A stretch of DNA of 64,000 nt from Planctomycetota bacterium (GTDB taxonomy: Bacteria > Planctomycetota > UBA1135 > UBA2386), in assembly GCA_965223545.1 (NCBI GenBank), contig OZ245006.1, forward strand, positions 992,001 to 1,056,000. Direction: 5' to 3'. The notes under the pieces are model-generated. The model saw nothing but the letters and a program-made list of their open reading frames with translations. It ran no database searches and had not been told where the DNA came from. This document shows positions 37,633 through 48,382 of this stretch, piece by piece (within the stretch, counting starts at the first letter, position 1; each line of letters starts with the position of its first letter). The translations under genes and the position numbers were made by a program.

Positions 37633-39630
37633 TCATCGCACCGCGGCGCGCGCCGCCTCGGCCATCTCCGTCCAGGACACGACCCGCAGTTCCGACGGCG
37701 CGAGGCGAAGGCTGCGCTCCAAAATCGCCTTGTGGCCACTGCCGACGATCACAAGGACACGCCCTCCCGGATGCTCCGCCGCAGCCTCGGCGATGCTCGC
37801 CGCCATGCGCAGGTTGCGCGCGCGCCAGAGACTCAGCCGCGCTAGGTCCAGGCCCGACGGCAATCGAGTGCGCAAGAAGAGGTCCCACTGCAGCCTCTCG
37901 TCTTCGGCCGCGTGGCCCTGTGCGTTGACACGCCTGTAGAACGGCAGCAAGTCGTCGCGCTCCACCGCCGACTCCAGCGCAGCCTTGGCATCGTCGAAGA
38001 ACGAGCTGCGCCGCATTTCCGCGAGCGCCGGGTGCCCCTCGATCTGCTGCATCAATGGCCCTGCGATCGCGGCCAAGGAGAGCGAGCTGCGGTGTTCGTC
38101 GATCGGCCACAACCGAGACAACTGCAGGCGGCGCGCCAGCTCTACGCCCAGGCGAACGGTTTCGTTCGAGGAGCCGAGATAGGCGTTCAGCACTTCGACG
38201 GCGCGCTCCGGAAGAAGACGGTCGGCGACGCGGTCGGCGGCGGCGAGTCGGGACCACTCCAGAACGGCGGTCTCCAGCTCGTAGGCCGCCAGCAACAACC
38301 CCACCCTGGCGCGCCGTTCCCCGGTGGTGGCACCGTCCGCAAGCCGCGGCGATTGCTGCAACGAAGAGGACGCACTCGCCCACGTCTGCTCTCCCCGCTC
38401 TTGCGCCAGCCTCCCGACCTCCCGTTGGGTGGCCGCGAACGCGTCGACGACGGGCTGGCCGGACTCGCCCATCGCGATCAAGCTGGCGATCTCGTGGCTC
38501 GGCAGCGCTTCGACGCAGATCGCAGTCGGCGCCCACGCCTCGAGCAAGGCCAGCGTCGTGTCGAGATCGCCGGGCTCCAGGCGGTCGCGCAAGTAGCCGA
38601 GGTGCTGTGTGCCCATCACCAAGATCTCCGCTGGCACCGTCTCCTGCGACGACAGGTCGCCTCCCGTTCGGGTGCCACGGCGGAGCGCCGCGGCCAGCAG
38701 CCTGCGCGTCGCCTGCGGTCGGTCGATCCAAGGACAGTGGCCCGCGTGCGCAAGCACGGTGAAGTGAGCGCGCTCGAGCGCGCCGTAGGTGGCGCGCAAA
38801 CGCTCCGCTCCGAGGTCGACGAAGTCGTGGTCCCCGACAAGCACGGTGCAGCGGTCTTCGAGTGCGGCCAACGCCGGCCGGAAGTCGTAGTCCTCGGGCA
38901 TCGTGTCGCCAGCGGCCTTGCCTGCCGCAGCGTCGTAGAACACCTGACCACCACCGAGGCGGCGCCAACCCCGCACATCGGCGAGGTTGACTCCGGCAAA
39001 CCGCACTCGCCACGCGATGGTCCGTTGCCGCGCGGTCAGCCCGTCGCCATCCAGCCCGAGGCGCCGCAGCTCTTCATGCACGGCTTCGCGATCGGACAAC
39101 GCCCGTGCGCGACGTTGCATATCCTCTTCGGCAGCACCCTCGGCCGCGTTCTGCGGGGAGCACGGCAGAACCGGCGCGAGTAGAGTGAGGCTCCTGACCC
39201 GGTCCGGGTGGGCCTCCAGGTAGCACATCGCCAGCATCGAGCCCATCGAGTGCGCAAACAGGTCGAGCTGCTCCAGGCCGAGAGCGACGCGCAGTTGCTC
39301 CAGGTCGGCGACATGTTGCTCGACCGAGATCGATGCAACGGGGGCCGGCGACCGCAGCGAGCCTCGCTGGTCGTAGTGAACGAAGCGGAACTGGCCTTCG
39401 AGGCCGGCAACCGCGTCGACGAGGTAGCTGTGCTCGGCTCCCCAACCACCGTGCAGCACGACTACGGGGGGGCCTAGACCCTTCTCGCACACGAACAGCC
39501 GCGCCGCTCCGTCGGTCGTCGGCAGATACCAGACCAGGGCATCGCCCACAGCCGCCGTCGGTATCGGTTGCGATGCGGCACTACCCAGCGTCAACGCTGC
39601 CGCCAGCACACGGCACATCGGAGTGTTCAT
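37633..39630 (-). CDS. Secreted fusion of an alpha/beta hydrolase (proline-iminopeptidase-like) and a DUF5694/TraB-like domain
   Basis: HGGWG, YDQRG, AHSMG nucleophile elbow, GDHD and AGHCPW; C-terminal MGTQHL, AICVE, WRARNLRMA and VIVGSGHK. Confidence 0.75.
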   Translation of the reverse strand: MNTPMCRVLAAALTLGSAASQPIPTAAVGDALVWYLPTTDGAARLFVCEKGLGPPVVVLHGGWGAEHSYLVDAVAGLEGQFRFVHYDQRGSLRSPAPVASISVEQHVADLEQLRVALGLEQLDLFAHSMGSMLAMCYLEAHPDRVRSLTLLAPVLPCSPQNAAEGAAEEDMQRRARALSDREAVHEELRRLGLDGDGLTARQRTIAWRVRFAGVNLADVRGWRRLGGGQVFYDAAAGKAAGDTMPEDYDFRPALAALEDRCTVLVGDHDFVDLGAERLRATYGALERAHFTVLAHAGHCPWIDRPQATRRLLAAALRRGTRTGGDLSSQETVPAEILVMGTQHLGYLRDRLEPGDLDTTLALLEAWAPTAICVEALPSHEIASLIAMGESGQPVVDAFAATQREVGRLAQERGEQTWASASSSLQQSPRLADGATTGERRARVGLLLAAYELETAVLEWSRLAAADRVADRLLPERAVEVLNAYLGSSNETVRLGVELARRLQLSRLWPIDEHRSSLSLAAIAGPLMQQIEGHPALAEMRRSSFFDDAKAALESAVERDDLLPFYRRVNAQGHAAEDERLQWDLFLRTRLPSGLDLARLSLWRARNLRMAASIAEAAAEHPGGRVLVIVGSGHKAILERSLRLAPSELRVVSWTEMAEAARAAVR

Positions 39631-39810
39631 GACAGGTTGAACACCTGGGGTGGGCGCGGGGGGTGCGCCAAAAACGAGTTCTTCGGCCGGGACGGCTCGG
39701 TCGGTGCTTGCAACGGGGCGGAAACGCCGGCACATCCGCCCCCGCGGGTGGATGACACCCGAGTCGAACGTGTAGCCTCTGCCGCCGGCCCGACGCCCCA
39801 TTCACTCTCC

Positions 39811-41049
39811 ATGCAGCGCGAATCCTTCCTGTCCGACAACTGCCCCCCGATGGGCATCTACGAGACCCTCTACGCCTTCCGCGACAGCTTCGGGCAGTTC
39901 ATGGGAACCGAGGGTACGCACCCCTGGTCACAGGGTTTCCCGCTGACCACCCAGCTCGAGAACGGGCCGCCACTGCCGAGCAGCGTCGAGGTGACGTGGG
40001 AGGACCGTTTCTACCCCAAGGCCTGGGGCCACCCGCGTCTGACCGAGGCAATCGCCACGCACTACAACAACTTTTACGGCTCCAAGATCACGCCCGAGAA
40101 CGTGATGGTGTTCGCCGGCGGGCGACCCGGAATCTTCGCGGTGCTCGCGTTCTTGAAGCGTCACGTCGAGGTCCGGATCGGCAACGCCGAGTGGCCGGCC
40201 TACCTCGACATCATGACGCAGACCGACACGAGTTGGCGCGTGGTGCCGTTCACCGAAGAGAACGGCTTCCACCCGCCGAACGCGGCCTACTTCGACCGCG
40301 GTGGGCTCAACGACAAGACGCACGTGATGCCGATCATCTCCAACCCGGGCAACCCCACGGGCCATACGCGCGCGGGAGCGGAACTCGAGGAGCTGATCGC
40401 GATGGCCGAGCAGCCGAAGTGCGGCATCCTGCTCGACGAGGCCTACGAGATGTACCACCACTCGAAGGGGGTGAGTGGCATCCGCTACGTCAAAGACCTC
40501 GACAACAGCAACGTGTTCTTGGCGGGTGCGTGCACCAAGGGGTTGCAGTGTCCCGGCATTCGCATCGGCTGGATCATCGCTTCGAAGAAGAACGTCGAGA
40601 CGCTGGCCAACTTCTCTAGCTTCGGCATGGGCGGCGTGAGCCACCCCTCCCAGCTCTATGCGGTCGAGCTCCTCGAGCCGTCGCGCGTCGCGCAGGCGCG
40701 CGAGGCGGTGGACGCGCACTACGGCATGCAGCGCGCGCGCTACGGCGAGGCTTTCGCGAAGATGGGTCTCGGCGTCTACACCGGCGACGGCGGCTTCTAC
40801 CACTGGATGAAGCTGCCCGAGGGACTCAACGCCAGCGAGCTCAACCGCCGGCTGTTCCGACACGGCGCCGCCATCCTCGAGGGCATCGATTGCGACATGG
40901 CGCGACCGCATGCCAAGGACCCGGAATACGTTTCGCCCTACGAGTCCTGGTTCCGCTTCTCCTTCGGCCCCTTGCTCCCGGAGACGTTCGAGTCCGACGT
41001 CGCGCTCCTGGGTCGGGTGCTGGACGAGTACCGCGCCGACGTGGGGTAG
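39811..41049 (+). CDS. PLP-dependent aminotransferase class I/II
   Basis: SNPGNPTG, LLDEAY, ACTKGLQCPGIRIGW (Schiff-base Lys), GGFY and WFRFSF. Confidence 0.9.
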   Translation: MQRESFLSDNCPPMGIYETLYAFRDSFGQFMGTEGTHPWSQGFPLTTQLENGPPLPSSVEVTWEDRFYPKAWGHPRLTEAIATHYNNFYGSKITPENVMVFAGGRPGIFAVLAFLKRHVEVRIGNAEWPAYLDIMTQTDTSWRVVPFTEENGFHPPNAAYFDRGGLNDKTHVMPIISNPGNPTGHTRAGAELEELIAMAEQPKCGILLDEAYEMYHHSKGVSGIRYVKDLDNSNVFLAGACTKGLQCPGIRIGWIIASKKNVETLANFSSFGMGGVSHPSQLYAVELLEPSRVAQAREAVDAHYGMQRARYGEAFAKMGLGVYTGDGGFYHWMKLPEGLNASELNRRLFRHGAAILEGIDCDMARPHAKDPEYVSPYESWFRFSFGPLLPETFESDVALLGRVLDEYRADVG

Positions 41050-43218
41050 CTACACGCCCAGCCGAACCTCCAGCGTGCTGGTGGTGTCGAAGCGGACCGG
41101 GCCCGGCAATACCGACACACCCTGCACGTACAGCGAGGCGCCCAGTAGCGCCGAGGTCGACGGAACGGCAAGCGGAACCGAAACGAACCCGGTCGGCGTT
41201 TGTCGTGCCAGCACCAACGGCGTCGCCGGCAACAACGGAATCCGCACGGTGCAACTCCCGAGCGCAGTCGCCGCGAGAGAGTCACCCAGCAACACGGCGC
41301 TGAGACCGCCGGCCAAGGCTCCCGGCGATGCCGGCACGAAGTCGAGGCGGAAGGAATCGCTGCCGAGGACGGGAACCCCGACCGGGACGAGTTCAGTGGC
41401 GAGCCCGACCTGGGGACAGGGCAGCAGCACCTTGGTCGCTGCAGCCGCGGTCGTGCGCCCGTAGAGCCACGTCTCGGAAATCGACGACGACGCCTGCTGA
41501 TCCCAGAAGAGGTACGAGACGGCGACGTTGCGCGCACTGTCAAAGGCCATCGCCGACGAGTGCCCCGCCGCAGGCCCCACGACGGGCACCTGGACCCAAT
41601 CCCGTCCATCCCACTCCCAGACCTGCTGTCCGGTGTGGAGCACGGTCCGGGCGCGCACAGAGTCGAACACCATGCCGACGCCCCGACTCGGAGGCGGAGT
41701 GTTGGCTGGCGACGCCTCTCGCCAAGTCACACCGTCCCACTCCCACACATCGTTCATGTCCGCGCCGGTCGCCGCCCTGCCCCCGAACATCACGACCACG
41801 CGCCGGGCAGAGTCGTAGACCATCGACGGTTCGCCCCGCGCGGGCGGTGTCTCTGCCGGATTCCGCTGCACCCAGACTGCGCCATCCCACTCCCAAGTTT
41901 CGGCCAACGGAAACCCACCATAGCCACCGAAGAGCACGAGCCGGCCTCTCGCCGCGTCGTACGCCAACCCCGACCCGGACCGGAACATCGGCGCGCCCGT
42001 CGACGACCGCTGCGTCCAGGTCGCGCCGTCCCACGCGCGCACCGTCCCGAACCAACCATCGTAGAGCAGCATCTCGTCGTTGCGCGCATCGTGCACCAGT
42101 CGCGCGGATCCGCTCCCACTCGGGGCGGCGCCGCCCTGTGCCATCAGCTCCCAACGCAGACCATCCCACTCGTACAGATCGCTGGAGTATTGAGCGCCGA
42201 AGATGCTGCCACCGGTCGCACCAGCGAACAGGACGACGCGCTGCCGGCTGGCGTCGTACGCCACCGTCGGTGCAACCCGACTCCCGGGCCACCGCTCTGG
42301 TTCGAGCTCCGACCACACCGCGCCGTTCCAAGCAAATGTCCCCATGCTCGCGCCCTCCTGCGTCCGGCGACCCAACGCCACGCACTTGCCGATGCTGGGG
42401 TCGAACGCCAGCGCGTGCACGGCGTACATCGGTCCTCTGGGGCCTTGCTGCCACGTCGATCCGTCCCACTCCCAAACGGTGTTGGTGGCCGAGCGAACGC
42501 TCGTCATCACGACCCGTGCCCGCACCGTGTCGAAGGCGACGGCGAGGTTGGGGGCCGGCACAGGCACCAGTGACTGCGGCACCGCGGTCCACGTCGTCCC
42601 ATCCCAGTCCCACAACCGCGTGCCACCAGTCGATTCTCGGCCAGCCAGCAGCGTCTGTTGGCGCACCGAATCGTACGTCATCGAGAACTCCTGAACCGCC
42701 GGGCTGCCGGGAGCAAACCGCTGCGCCCAGGTTGCACCATCCCATTCCCAAGTACCGATGCTGCTGCCGAACAGGACCGCCAGTCCCCGTGCGTTGTCCC
42801 ATTGCATATCGATCGCGGCCCCGCTGAATGGTGCCCCGACCGTGGACAGTAGACGCCAAGTGTTGCCGTCGTACGTCCAGGTGTCGTTCGTGTACACGGT
42901 CATCGCCCCAGGCAATCGCCCCCCGAACTGAAGGACGACTTGCCGCACCGGGTCGTAGGTCATCGCGCCGACCGCCCTCGGTTGTGCCCCAGCCGATCGA
43001 TCCACCCAACGGTTGGTCCGCTCCCACGTCGAGTTCGATCCCGGCACGGAGTTCAAACCTGTGCCGAACAAGACCAACCGCTGCCGATGGTCATCCCACA
43101 CCATGCGGCCGACTCCCTCCGCCAGGCCGGACTGCTGCACCCAAGTGGGCGGCAGCTGCGCAGGCAGCGAACCCACGAACAAACCGAGCAACGCGACCGC
43201 GACGAGGTTTCGCATCAT
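41050..43218 (-). CDS. Secreted kelch-like double beta-propeller protein (12 repeats) with the shared C-terminal module
   Basis: Signal peptide; 12 repeats of M.YD..R...VLFGG...TWEWDG..W; GGAGG RBS. Confidence 0.8.
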   Translation of the reverse strand: MMRNLVAVALLGLFVGSLPAQLPPTWVQQSGLAEGVGRMVWDDHRQRLVLFGTGLNSVPGSNSTWERTNRWVDRSAGAQPRAVGAMTYDPVRQVVLQFGGRLPGAMTVYTNDTWTYDGNTWRLLSTVGAPFSGAAIDMQWDNARGLAVLFGSSIGTWEWDGATWAQRFAPGSPAVQEFSMTYDSVRQQTLLAGRESTGGTRLWDWDGTTWTAVPQSLVPVPAPNLAVAFDTVRARVVMTSVRSATNTVWEWDGSTWQQGPRGPMYAVHALAFDPSIGKCVALGRRTQEGASMGTFAWNGAVWSELEPERWPGSRVAPTVAYDASRQRVVLFAGATGGSIFGAQYSSDLYEWDGLRWELMAQGGAAPSGSGSARLVHDARNDEMLLYDGWFGTVRAWDGATWTQRSSTGAPMFRSGSGLAYDAARGRLVLFGGYGGFPLAETWEWDGAVWVQRNPAETPPARGEPSMVYDSARRVVVMFGGRAATGADMNDVWEWDGVTWREASPANTPPPSRGVGMVFDSVRARTVLHTGQQVWEWDGRDWVQVPVVGPAAGHSSAMAFDSARNVAVSYLFWDQQASSSISETWLYGRTTAAAATKVLLPCPQVGLATELVPVGVPVLGSDSFRLDFVPASPGALAGGLSAVLLGDSLAATALGSCTVRIPLLPATPLVLARQTPTGFVSVPLAVPSTSALLGASLYVQGVSVLPGPVRFDTTSTLEVRLGV

Positions 43219-43334
43219 GCCTCCTACCTACCCCGATTCTCGAACACCTAGGCTCCGGGGTCAATCCGCCGGACCTGCCCTGCCGTGAGGACGCCGCCGG
43301 TCACAACGCTTCTTCGTTCATCTATGCTGCGCCG

Positions 43335-44252
<918 letters not shown>

Positions 44253-44294
44253 CCCGCGGCGGCGCCCGCACCGGCTCCGGCCAACCACTCCGTC

Positions 44295-45269
44295 ATGTCT
44301 CGCCGCGCCTCGATCTCGTTCGCCGTCCTGCTGTGCCTGTGCTTGGCGCAGGTCGGGTGGTGGGTGTACTTCCAGCGGCAGCAGACGCTGACGCTGCACG
44401 CGGTCGACACGGCCCTGGCCCGCGGCGACGCCACTGCCGCCGCCACCCTGCTCGGCGAAGGCGAGCCGGTCGCCACGCGCGCCGACCGTCGCTGGCGGAT
44501 GATCGCGAGCGAAGGCGCCGCCCTGAGCCTGGCAGTGGTGATCGCCGCCGTCCTGTTCTACTTGGCACTGGCGCGCGAGCGGCGCACGCGGGCGGCGCAC
44601 GCGCGCTTCCTCGCCGGCGCCACGCACGAGCTGAAGACTCCGCTGGCAACCCTTCGGCTCGGCCTGGACTCCCTGCGCAGCGGGCGGCTCGACGCCGCGC
44701 GGAGCGTCCAATACGCGAACAGCATGGCCGTTGAAGTCGACCGCCTGCAGCGCGACGTCGAGGACCTGCTGGCGGCCGCCGAGCTGCGCACCACCGAGCA
44801 GCACCTGTGCCTGGAACCCGGTGATCTCGCCGACGACGCCGACGCAGTGCTCGCCGCCTTCGGGCCGCGACTGCAGCGCGAGGGCATCGAGTTGCACCGC
44901 GAGCTGCAGCCGGGCGTCCGCATTCGACGCGACGCGCGCGCGATGGCCACGGTGATCCGCAACCTGCTCGACAACGCGTGCAAATACGGCGGCGGCGGCC
45001 CGGTCTCGATCGCGGTGCGGCGCGAGGGCGATCACGCGGCGTTGTCGGTGCGCGACACCGGGCCGGGGATTCCCGCTGAAGAACGCGGCCAGGTGTTCGA
45101 GCCGCTGTTCCGCGGCAGCCGCGCGCCGCACGTCGGCGGCACCGGTCTGGGCCTGTTCCTCACCGCCCAGCTGGTCCGCCGTCACGGTGGAACCGTGCGC
45201 GCCGGCACCAACCCGGCGGGACGCGGCACCGAGCTACACGTCACTCTCCCACTGGAGAACTCCGCGTGA
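44295..45269 (+). CDS. Membrane sensor histidine kinase
   Basis: Two TM helices; H-box THELKTPL, N-box NLLDNACKY, G1 DTGPGI and G2 GTGLGL. Confidence 0.9.
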   Translation: MSRRASISFAVLLCLCLAQVGWWVYFQRQQTLTLHAVDTALARGDATAAATLLGEGEPVATRADRRWRMIASEGAALSLAVVIAAVLFYLALARERRTRAAHARFLAGATHELKTPLATLRLGLDSLRSGRLDAARSVQYANSMAVEVDRLQRDVEDLLAAAELRTTEQHLCLEPGDLADDADAVLAAFGPRLQREGIELHRELQPGVRIRRDARAMATVIRNLLDNACKYGGGGPVSIAVRREGDHAALSVRDTGPGIPAEERGQVFEPLFRGSRAPHVGGTGLGLFLTAQLVRRHGGTVRAGTNPAGRGTELHVTLPLENSA

Positions 45270-45967
45270 CGCGCTGGATCTTGGTGGTCGAGGACGAGGC
45301 GCCGCTGGCGACGATGCTGTGCGACAACTTGCAGCTCGACGGCCACGGCACGCAGTGGGCCGCCGACGGTGAGCTGGCGCTCGCCGAGCTGGCCGCGCGC
45401 CGGTTCGATCTGGTGATCCTCGACGTGATGTTGCCCGGGCGCAACGGCCTCGCCGTGTTGCGCACCATGCGCGGCCGGGGCGACGACACCCCGGTCTTGA
45501 TGCTGTCGGCCAAGGGCACCGACGACGACCGCATCCGCGGACTCGAGCTCGCGGCCGACGACTACCTGGCCAAGCCTTTCCACCTGCGCGAACTGCTTCT
45601 GCGGGTGAGCGCGCTGCTGCGGCGCGCGGCGGTGCCGGCTCCGGCCACCGACCGCCTCCGGATCGGCGGCAACTCGATCGATTTTCGCGGCCAACGACTG
45701 TCGTCGTGGCGCGGGGAGGAGCACGCGCTCAGCGCGACCCAGACGCGGCTGCTGCGTCTGCTCGCCAGCCACTGCGGCGGCGTGGTCGCGCGCCGCGAAG
45801 TCGTCGAACGCCTGTTCGGCCCGGCCACTCCGGTCACTGCGCGCACGGTCGACAACTTGGTTGCCGAGCTGCGGCGCCGCCTCGAGCCCGACCGGACCGC
45901 GCCGCGCTACCTGCAAACCGTGCGCGGCATCGGCTGGCGCCTGCGGCTCGACGACGACAGCGGATGA
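45266..45967 (+). CDS. OmpR-family response regulator
   Basis: LVVEDE, ILDVMLP, DDYLAKPF and winged-helix TVRGIGWR; overlaps the kinase stop. Confidence 0.92.
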   Translation: MTRWILVVEDEAPLATMLCDNLQLDGHGTQWAADGELALAELAARRFDLVILDVMLPGRNGLAVLRTMRGRGDDTPVLMLSAKGTDDDRIRGLELAADDYLAKPFHLRELLLRVSALLRRAAVPAPATDRLRIGGNSIDFRGQRLSSWRGEEHALSATQTRLLRLLASHCGGVVARREVVERLFGPATPVTARTVDNLVAELRRRLEPDRTAPRYLQTVRGIGWRLRLDDDSG

Positions 45968-46012
45968 CAGTCGCGTGACATTGCGGGGGGCGCTCGCCGC
46001 TCCGTTGTCGGC

Positions 46013-47113
46013 ATGTCGAAAGCCAGCTTCACTGCCGCCCTCGTGGCACTCTCCGCGCCCCTGATGGCGCAGACCACCGTCGACCTGCCGGCCGGCTTCA
46101 GCCCCACCAACGCCGAGCTGTCAGGCTTCACGCTGGTGCCGCTGATGCAGAGCAACGCGCGGGTGCAGATGTTCTACCGCGGCGCACAAGCGCCGGCGGC
46201 GCCGCTGACCGCAACCGCCCTCGAGCTGCGCTTCGACGGTCCGATCCCGGCGGTCGGCAGCCCCGGGCCGTTCCAAGTCCAGCGGCTCCAGCTGCGCGTG
46301 GGCACGACCGCCATCGCCCAGCCCGGCGCGGTGTTCGCCAACAACCTGACCACGCCGCTGGCCACCGTCTTCGACGGACCGGCGACCTACTGGCCGGACC
46401 AGGGCAGCCAAGTGCCCGCGCCGTGGGGCGGCCTGAACGGCGGCCTGCACTTTGCGTTCTCGGCGCCGCTTCCCGTCACCGTCGCGGCCGGTGAGTGGTT
46501 GGTCGTCGAGATGATCGTCGAGAGCAACAACATCCTCGGCGGGGCGCACGCGATCCTCGACGGCGAGACCGGTCCCGGCGGCCCCGCCGACGGCGGCGCC
46601 ACCAACTCGGGCCAAGGCTGCGCCATCTCCGCCGGCGCGCCGACGGCGACCGCCAGCTCGACCGGAACGCGCGCCCCCGGCGCCGCCCACACGCTCACCG
46701 CGCAGGGCCTACAGCCGACCGCCCCGGCGCTGGCGGCGATCGGCCTCAGCGACTCGACCAGCAGCTTCGGCCCGCTGCCGCTGCCGCTGCCCGGCAGCAA
46801 CTGCACCATCCTCGGCAGCGCCGACTTGGTTCTGCCGGCCTTCACCGATCTCGGCGGCAGCCTCATCGTGCCGTTGCCAGTGCCCGCCAACCCCGCGCTC
46901 AACGGCGTCGTACTCCACGAGCAGGCGTTTGCCGTCGCACCCGGCGCCAACCCGTGGAACCTGGTCGCCACCGATCTGCACAGCGTGCAGCTGGGCGCGT
47001 TCACGCCGCCGGCCAGCGACTTCTACACCGTTTGCCACGACAGCGATGCCGCCGCCCCGGTGGCGCAGTTCGCCAGCGAGTTCGGCTACGCCCTGCGCCT
47101 GATCGGGCAGTGA
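46013..47113 (+). CDS. Secreted hypothetical protein containing the shared C-terminal-type module
   Basis: Signal peptide ending LMAQ; SGQGC...LPVPANPALNGVVLHEQ module followed by a ~38-aa tail. Confidence 0.65.
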   Translation: MSKASFTAALVALSAPLMAQTTVDLPAGFSPTNAELSGFTLVPLMQSNARVQMFYRGAQAPAAPLTATALELRFDGPIPAVGSPGPFQVQRLQLRVGTTAIAQPGAVFANNLTTPLATVFDGPATYWPDQGSQVPAPWGGLNGGLHFAFSAPLPVTVAAGEWLVVEMIVESNNILGGAHAILDGETGPGGPADGGATNSGQGCAISAGAPTATASSTGTRAPGAAHTLTAQGLQPTAPALAAIGLSDSTSSFGPLPLPLPGSNCTILGSADLVLPAFTDLGGSLIVPLPVPANPALNGVVLHEQAFAVAPGANPWNLVATDLHSVQLGAFTPPASDFYTVCHDSDAAAPVAQFASEFGYALRLIGQ

Positions 47114-47128
47114 CGCCCACGGCGGCGG

Positions 47129-48226
47129 TCAACCGTTTGTCGCGGCCTCGCCGGCGGCGAGCGGCGCCGCCACCTCGACCCGGTCGCGGCCGTTTGCCTT
47201 GGCCGCGTACAACGCGGCGTCGGCCGCCGAGAGCAGCACGTGCCGCGCGACCCGGCGCTCGCCCTGCACCGTGGCCACACCGACGCTCGCCGTCACCGGC
47301 CGGCGCAGATCGGCCGCGCTCTCGTGCAGCTCGTGCACGGCCTTGCGAGCGGCCTCGGCGATGCGCCGCGCGCCCGCCGCGTCAGTGCGCGGCAACAACA
47401 CCGCGAACTCCTCGCCACCCCACCGAGCGACGACGTCGGTCTTGCGCTGCAAGACCGACGCCACGCACCGGCCGACGCGGCGCAGGCAGGCGTCGCCCGC
47501 CAGGTGGCCGAACTCGTCGTTGTAGCTCTTGAACCGGTCGACATCGATCATCAGCACCGACAGCGGCTCGCGCTGGCGCGCGGCGCGCGCCAGCTCGCGG
47601 TCTAGGTCGCGCTCGAACAACCGGCGATTGCCGACCTCGGTCAACGGGTCGTAGAGCAGCTTCTCTTGCAGGTCCTGGTTGACGTCGTGCAACAACGTGG
47701 TCGAGGCCAGCAGCTCGTGCAGATCGTCCGCCAGCACGACGCCGCGCAGGATGCCGTCTTTGTCGCGAATCGGCGACAGCGTGGTGCGCGCGGCGGTCAG
47801 CACCAAATCCGGCGCCTCGTCGCCCCCCGTCTCCAGCCAAAACCGCGCGACATCGCGCACCGTCTCGCCACCGCGACAGCGCTGCAACAGACCGTCGAAC
47901 TCCGCGCGACCGGCCGCCGGCACGAGCGTGCGCAGCGGCCGCCCGAGCACCGCGCGCCGCTGACAGCCGTAACGCTCCTCCGCGGCGGGGTTGATATCGG
48001 TGACCGTGCCGTCCGCATCCGCGACGACGATCGGCACCGCCGCCTTGGTGAACAACAGGGAGAGCTTGGCCAGCGCCGCCTGGGTCTGCTCGAGCTCCAA
48101 CTGCGCCAACTCGAGCCGCTCCCGCGTGTGGGCGAGCTCGGCGCGCAAGCCCGCGACGGTCGCGGCGGCACCAGCCGCGCGGCCCTGCGTCTCGGGAGGC
48201 AGTGAGGATGGCGGGAGAGAAGCCAC
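47129..48226 (-). CDS. Diguanylate cyclase (coiled coil-PAS-GGDEF)
   Basis: DPLTEVGNRR, DVDRFKSYND, I-site RKTD, WGGEEF and ADAALYAAK; PAS segment NPAAEERYG. Confidence 0.88.
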   Translation of the reverse strand: MASLPPSSLPPETQGRAAGAAATVAGLRAELAHTRERLELAQLELEQTQAALAKLSLLFTKAAVPIVVADADGTVTDINPAAEERYGCQRRAVLGRPLRTLVPAAGRAEFDGLLQRCRGGETVRDVARFWLETGGDEAPDLVLTAARTTLSPIRDKDGILRGVVLADDLHELLASTTLLHDVNQDLQEKLLYDPLTEVGNRRLFERDLDRELARAARQREPLSVLMIDVDRFKSYNDEFGHLAGDACLRRVGRCVASVLQRKTDVVARWGGEEFAVLLPRTDAAGARRIAEAARKAVHELHESAADLRRPVTASVGVATVQGERRVARHVLLSAADAALYAAKANGRDRVEVAAPLAAGEAATNG

Positions 48227-48382
48227 GCGGGCGGTATCGCACCGCCACGCCCGCGGGACAACCGATTTCTCGTGTGACGTCTGCGGATTGGCGAGGCCAA
48301 AGCTCATCGCCAGATGTGCTCGGAGCCGGCGCAAGGGTGGTCCGCGTCTTCGTTGGTATACTCCGGCCAGGAGGTGCGCCCC

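Noticed and set aside
37052..39013. 653-aa ORF read as a giant sigma factor
   Set aside because: Only the last ~171 codons are sigma-like; the upstream part overlaps the hydrolase gene in another frame.
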